This document shows, one piece after another, positions 61,452-64,000 of a stretch of DNA of 64,000 nt. The position numbers and the translations under genes are program-made. Position 1 is the stretch's first letter. Each line of letters opens with the position of its first letter. The notes below the pieces were generated by a model. It ran no database searches. It had not been told where the DNA came from and saw only the letters and a program-made list of their open reading frames with translations. Origin of the DNA: an uncultured bacterium (lineage in GTDB: Bacteria > Patescibacteriota > Patescibacteriia > UBA9570 > XYC2-FULL-38-9); NCBI GenBank assembly GCA_937996685.1, contig CALKUP010000001.1, positions 117,571 to 181,570 on the forward strand, written 5' to 3'.

Positions 61452-63512
61452 ATGAATACAACACAGAACACACCTGGACAATCACGCTTTAGTCGTGATA
61501 TCCGGAAAAAAACAGACGGTACAGACCGTCAAACAACTCATGTGATGCGCGCCCCAGCTGGCCGCACAAAACCAATTCAACCTGGCGCGCAAGATGCTAT
61601 TTTAGCACCAGCGGCTCGTCCAGCGCGTCCTGCGGGCAGTGCAAACAGTGGCGGAAATCGCGGTGGTCGCCCACAAGGCGGCGGTCGCGGCGGTAATAAC
61701 AATAACCGCAGTGGCGGTCGTGGTCGTCGTCCAAAAGGCGTTGATCAAAACATCGCGCGTAATTGGAAAAAACCAGACGAATACAGTACAACCGGTTTGC
61801 CGCATGCTGCTGGAACTGCAAAAATCATGAAACCAATCCCATCTGACGGCAAAACCAAATTACGAGTGATCGTGGTTGGTGGCGCTGAAGAAGTAGGACG
61901 AAACATGACATTAATCGAATACGGTGAAGATATCATCTTGATCGATTGTGGTTTGCAATTCCCAGAGGAAGAAATGCCAGGAATTGATTATGTCATTCCA
62001 AATGTCTCATACCTCAAAGGTAAAGAAAAAAATATCCGTGGTTTAATTATCACTCATGGTCATTATGATCATATTGGTGCGATTCCGCATCTGATGCCAG
62101 TGTTGCATAACCCACCAATTTTCTCAGCGCCGTTGTCACTTGGATTGATTGCAAAACGCCAAGACGATTTCTCTCATTTGCCAAAACTTGATTTACGCCA
62201 AATTGATATTGATGGTCAATTAAAGCTCGGTCAATTGATCGTTGAATTTGTTCGCATCAATCACAGTATCCCTGATTCACTTGCGATCGTGGTTCGAACT
62301 CCAGAAGGCACAGTGTTGCATACTGGCGATTTCAAATTCGATTTGCAGCCAATTGGTGATCAAGTCACAGACTTTGCAAAATTGTCTCGTTTAGGACAAG
62401 AAGGTATTTTAGCGTTACTTGGTGATTCAACAAATGCCAGTAAACCAGGACAACAAGTATCAGAAAGTACAATCGGACAAAACATTGAAGACATTATGTC
62501 AAAAGCGAAGGGCCGCATTATTGTGGGAACATTCGCGTCTTCTTTAAACCGTGTGCAGCAGTTGCTGTGGAGTGCGGAAAAACTTGGTCGCAAGGTTGTG
62601 CTTGAAGGATTTTCAATGAAAACAAACGTTGAAATTGCGAAACAACTTGGCTATTTGACAGTTGATAACAGTACAATTATTAAAGCAGAAGATGCAGAGC
62701 GTCTACCGCCAGAAAAATTGTTGATTGTTGGAACTGGTGCGCAAGGTGAAGAAAACGCTTCAATGATGCGTATCGCGCAAGGGGAACATCGATTCTTCAA
62801 AGTCCATGCTGGTGATATGGTGATTTTCAGTTCATCAGTCGTCCCTGGAAATGAACGCAGTGTTCAATCATTGAAAGATCTCTTGATTCGCCAAGGTGCG
62901 ACAGTGATTCATTATCAAATGATGGATGTCCATGCTGGTGGTCACGCGCAAAAAGAAGACATTAAATTGTTATTGCGCATGGTGAATCCGACATATTATA
63001 TTCCAGTTGAAGGTAACTTGCATTTATTGCATGACAATGGATTAGTGGCTCGTGAATTGGGCTGGGGTGAAGACAAAGTCTTTATCACAAGTAACGGACA
63101 AGTGATGGAATTCTTGAACGGTGAAGGCCGTCTCACAGATGAAAAAATTGTCGCTGACTATGTCTTTGTCGATGGTTTGGGTGTCGGTGATATTTCTGAG
63201 GTCGTATTGCGAGACCGTCAATTACTATCTGAAGATGGTATGTTAGTTGTCATTGTGACACTTGATGCGCATAACGGAAAAGTGATTGGTGAACCAGATA
63301 TCATCTCACGTGGATTCGTTTATTCAAAAAACAGTACAGCGTTGATTGAAGATGCGAAAAAGAAAGTGGTTGATATTGTCTCTCCACATTTGAAAGACGA
63401 AACACCAAACTCTGCATATATCAAAAATAAATTACGCGATGATCTCGGTCAGTTCTTGTTCGAAAGAACAGAGCGCAAGCCGATGATCCTTCCAGTGATC
63501 GTAGAAGTATAA
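61452..63512 (+). CDS. rnj: Ribonuclease J (metallo-beta-lactamase / beta-CASP) with an Arg/Gly-rich N-terminal extension.
   Basis: The metal site is HGHYDHIG. The beta-CASP and C-terminal domains are present. The ~120-aa N-terminus is GGNRGGRPQGGGRGGNNNNRSGGRGRRPKG. Confidence 0.88.
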   Translation: MNTTQNTPGQSRFSRDIRKKTDGTDRQTTHVMRAPAGRTKPIQPGAQDAILAPAARPARPAGSANSGGNRGGRPQGGGRGGNNNNRSGGRGRRPKGVDQNIARNWKKPDEYSTTGLPHAAGTAKIMKPIPSDGKTKLRVIVVGGAEEVGRNMTLIEYGEDIILIDCGLQFPEEEMPGIDYVIPNVSYLKGKEKNIRGLIITHGHYDHIGAIPHLMPVLHNPPIFSAPLSLGLIAKRQDDFSHLPKLDLRQIDIDGQLKLGQLIVEFVRINHSIPDSLAIVVRTPEGTVLHTGDFKFDLQPIGDQVTDFAKLSRLGQEGILALLGDSTNASKPGQQVSESTIGQNIEDIMSKAKGRIIVGTFASSLNRVQQLLWSAEKLGRKVVLEGFSMKTNVEIAKQLGYLTVDNSTIIKAEDAERLPPEKLLIVGTGAQGEENASMMRIAQGEHRFFKVHAGDMVIFSSSVVPGNERSVQSLKDLLIRQGATVIHYQMMDVHAGGHAQKEDIKLLLRMVNPTYYIPVEGNLHLLHDNGLVARELGWGEDKVFITSNGQVMEFLNGEGRLTDEKIVADYVFVDGLGVGDISEVVLRDRQLLSEDGMLVVIVTLDAHNGKVIGEPDIISRGFVYSKNSTALIEDAKKKVVDIVSPHLKDETPNSAYIKNKLRDDLGQFLFERTERKPMILPVIVEV

Positions 63513-63523
63513 AAACAGACAAA

Positions 63524-63557
63524 AAGACCCATCGACTTGCTTCCTTGGGTCTTTTTC
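63524..63557 (+). terminator. Terminator after rnj.
   Basis: Stem gaccca / tgggtc with a 14-nt loop, followed by a T5 run. Confidence 0.45.
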
Positions 63558-63569
63558 GACATACTATAG

Positions 63570-64000
<431 letters not shown>

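Overview
This 64 kb window is a chromosomal segment of a low-GC (roughly 40% by eye) bacterium. Its resident genes mostly lack Shine-Dalgarno (SD) sequences but have sigma70-like TTGACA/TATAAT promoters and stem-loop terminators. The conserved core is: rpoB-rpoC; an adenosine/AMP-deaminase-family gene; a TrmB-like regulator; guaB-like and guaA (divergent); ftsK followed by a rodZ-like gene; recA; groES-groEL preceded by a CIRCE operator; an O-antigen-ligase-like membrane protein; uvrA; uvrC; a UvrD/PcrA-type helicase; secG; an OppA-like family-5 ABC substrate-binding protein; RNase J; and the 5' end of trpS. Between these lie many large proteins with no recognisable family (795, 814, 389, 274, 476 and 671 aa), a Lys/Ala-rich histone-H1-like protein, and a roughly 1750-aa secreted adhesin-like protein with tandem domains. 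No rRNA, tRNA, CRISPR array, transposase, integrase or reverse transcriptase was recognised. The most interesting structure is a compositional mosaic: at least seven short GC-rich islands (roughly 55-65% GC by eye) are embedded in the AT-rich backbone. Each island encodes secreted or membrane-associated products and carries a canonical GGAG(G) SD, unlike the neighbouring genes. Two islands sit inside a tandemly duplicated three-gene cassette: a secreted MopE-like metal-motif protein, then an ECF sigma factor, then a single-pass anti-sigma-like protein. One island carries a pair of tiny translationally coupled hydrophobic peptides. Another carries two ORFs that are each followed by a conserved 90-bp element encoding a small SD-driven peptide. 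All family assignments come from motifs read by eye. Nothing was searched against a database, and GC percentages were not computed.
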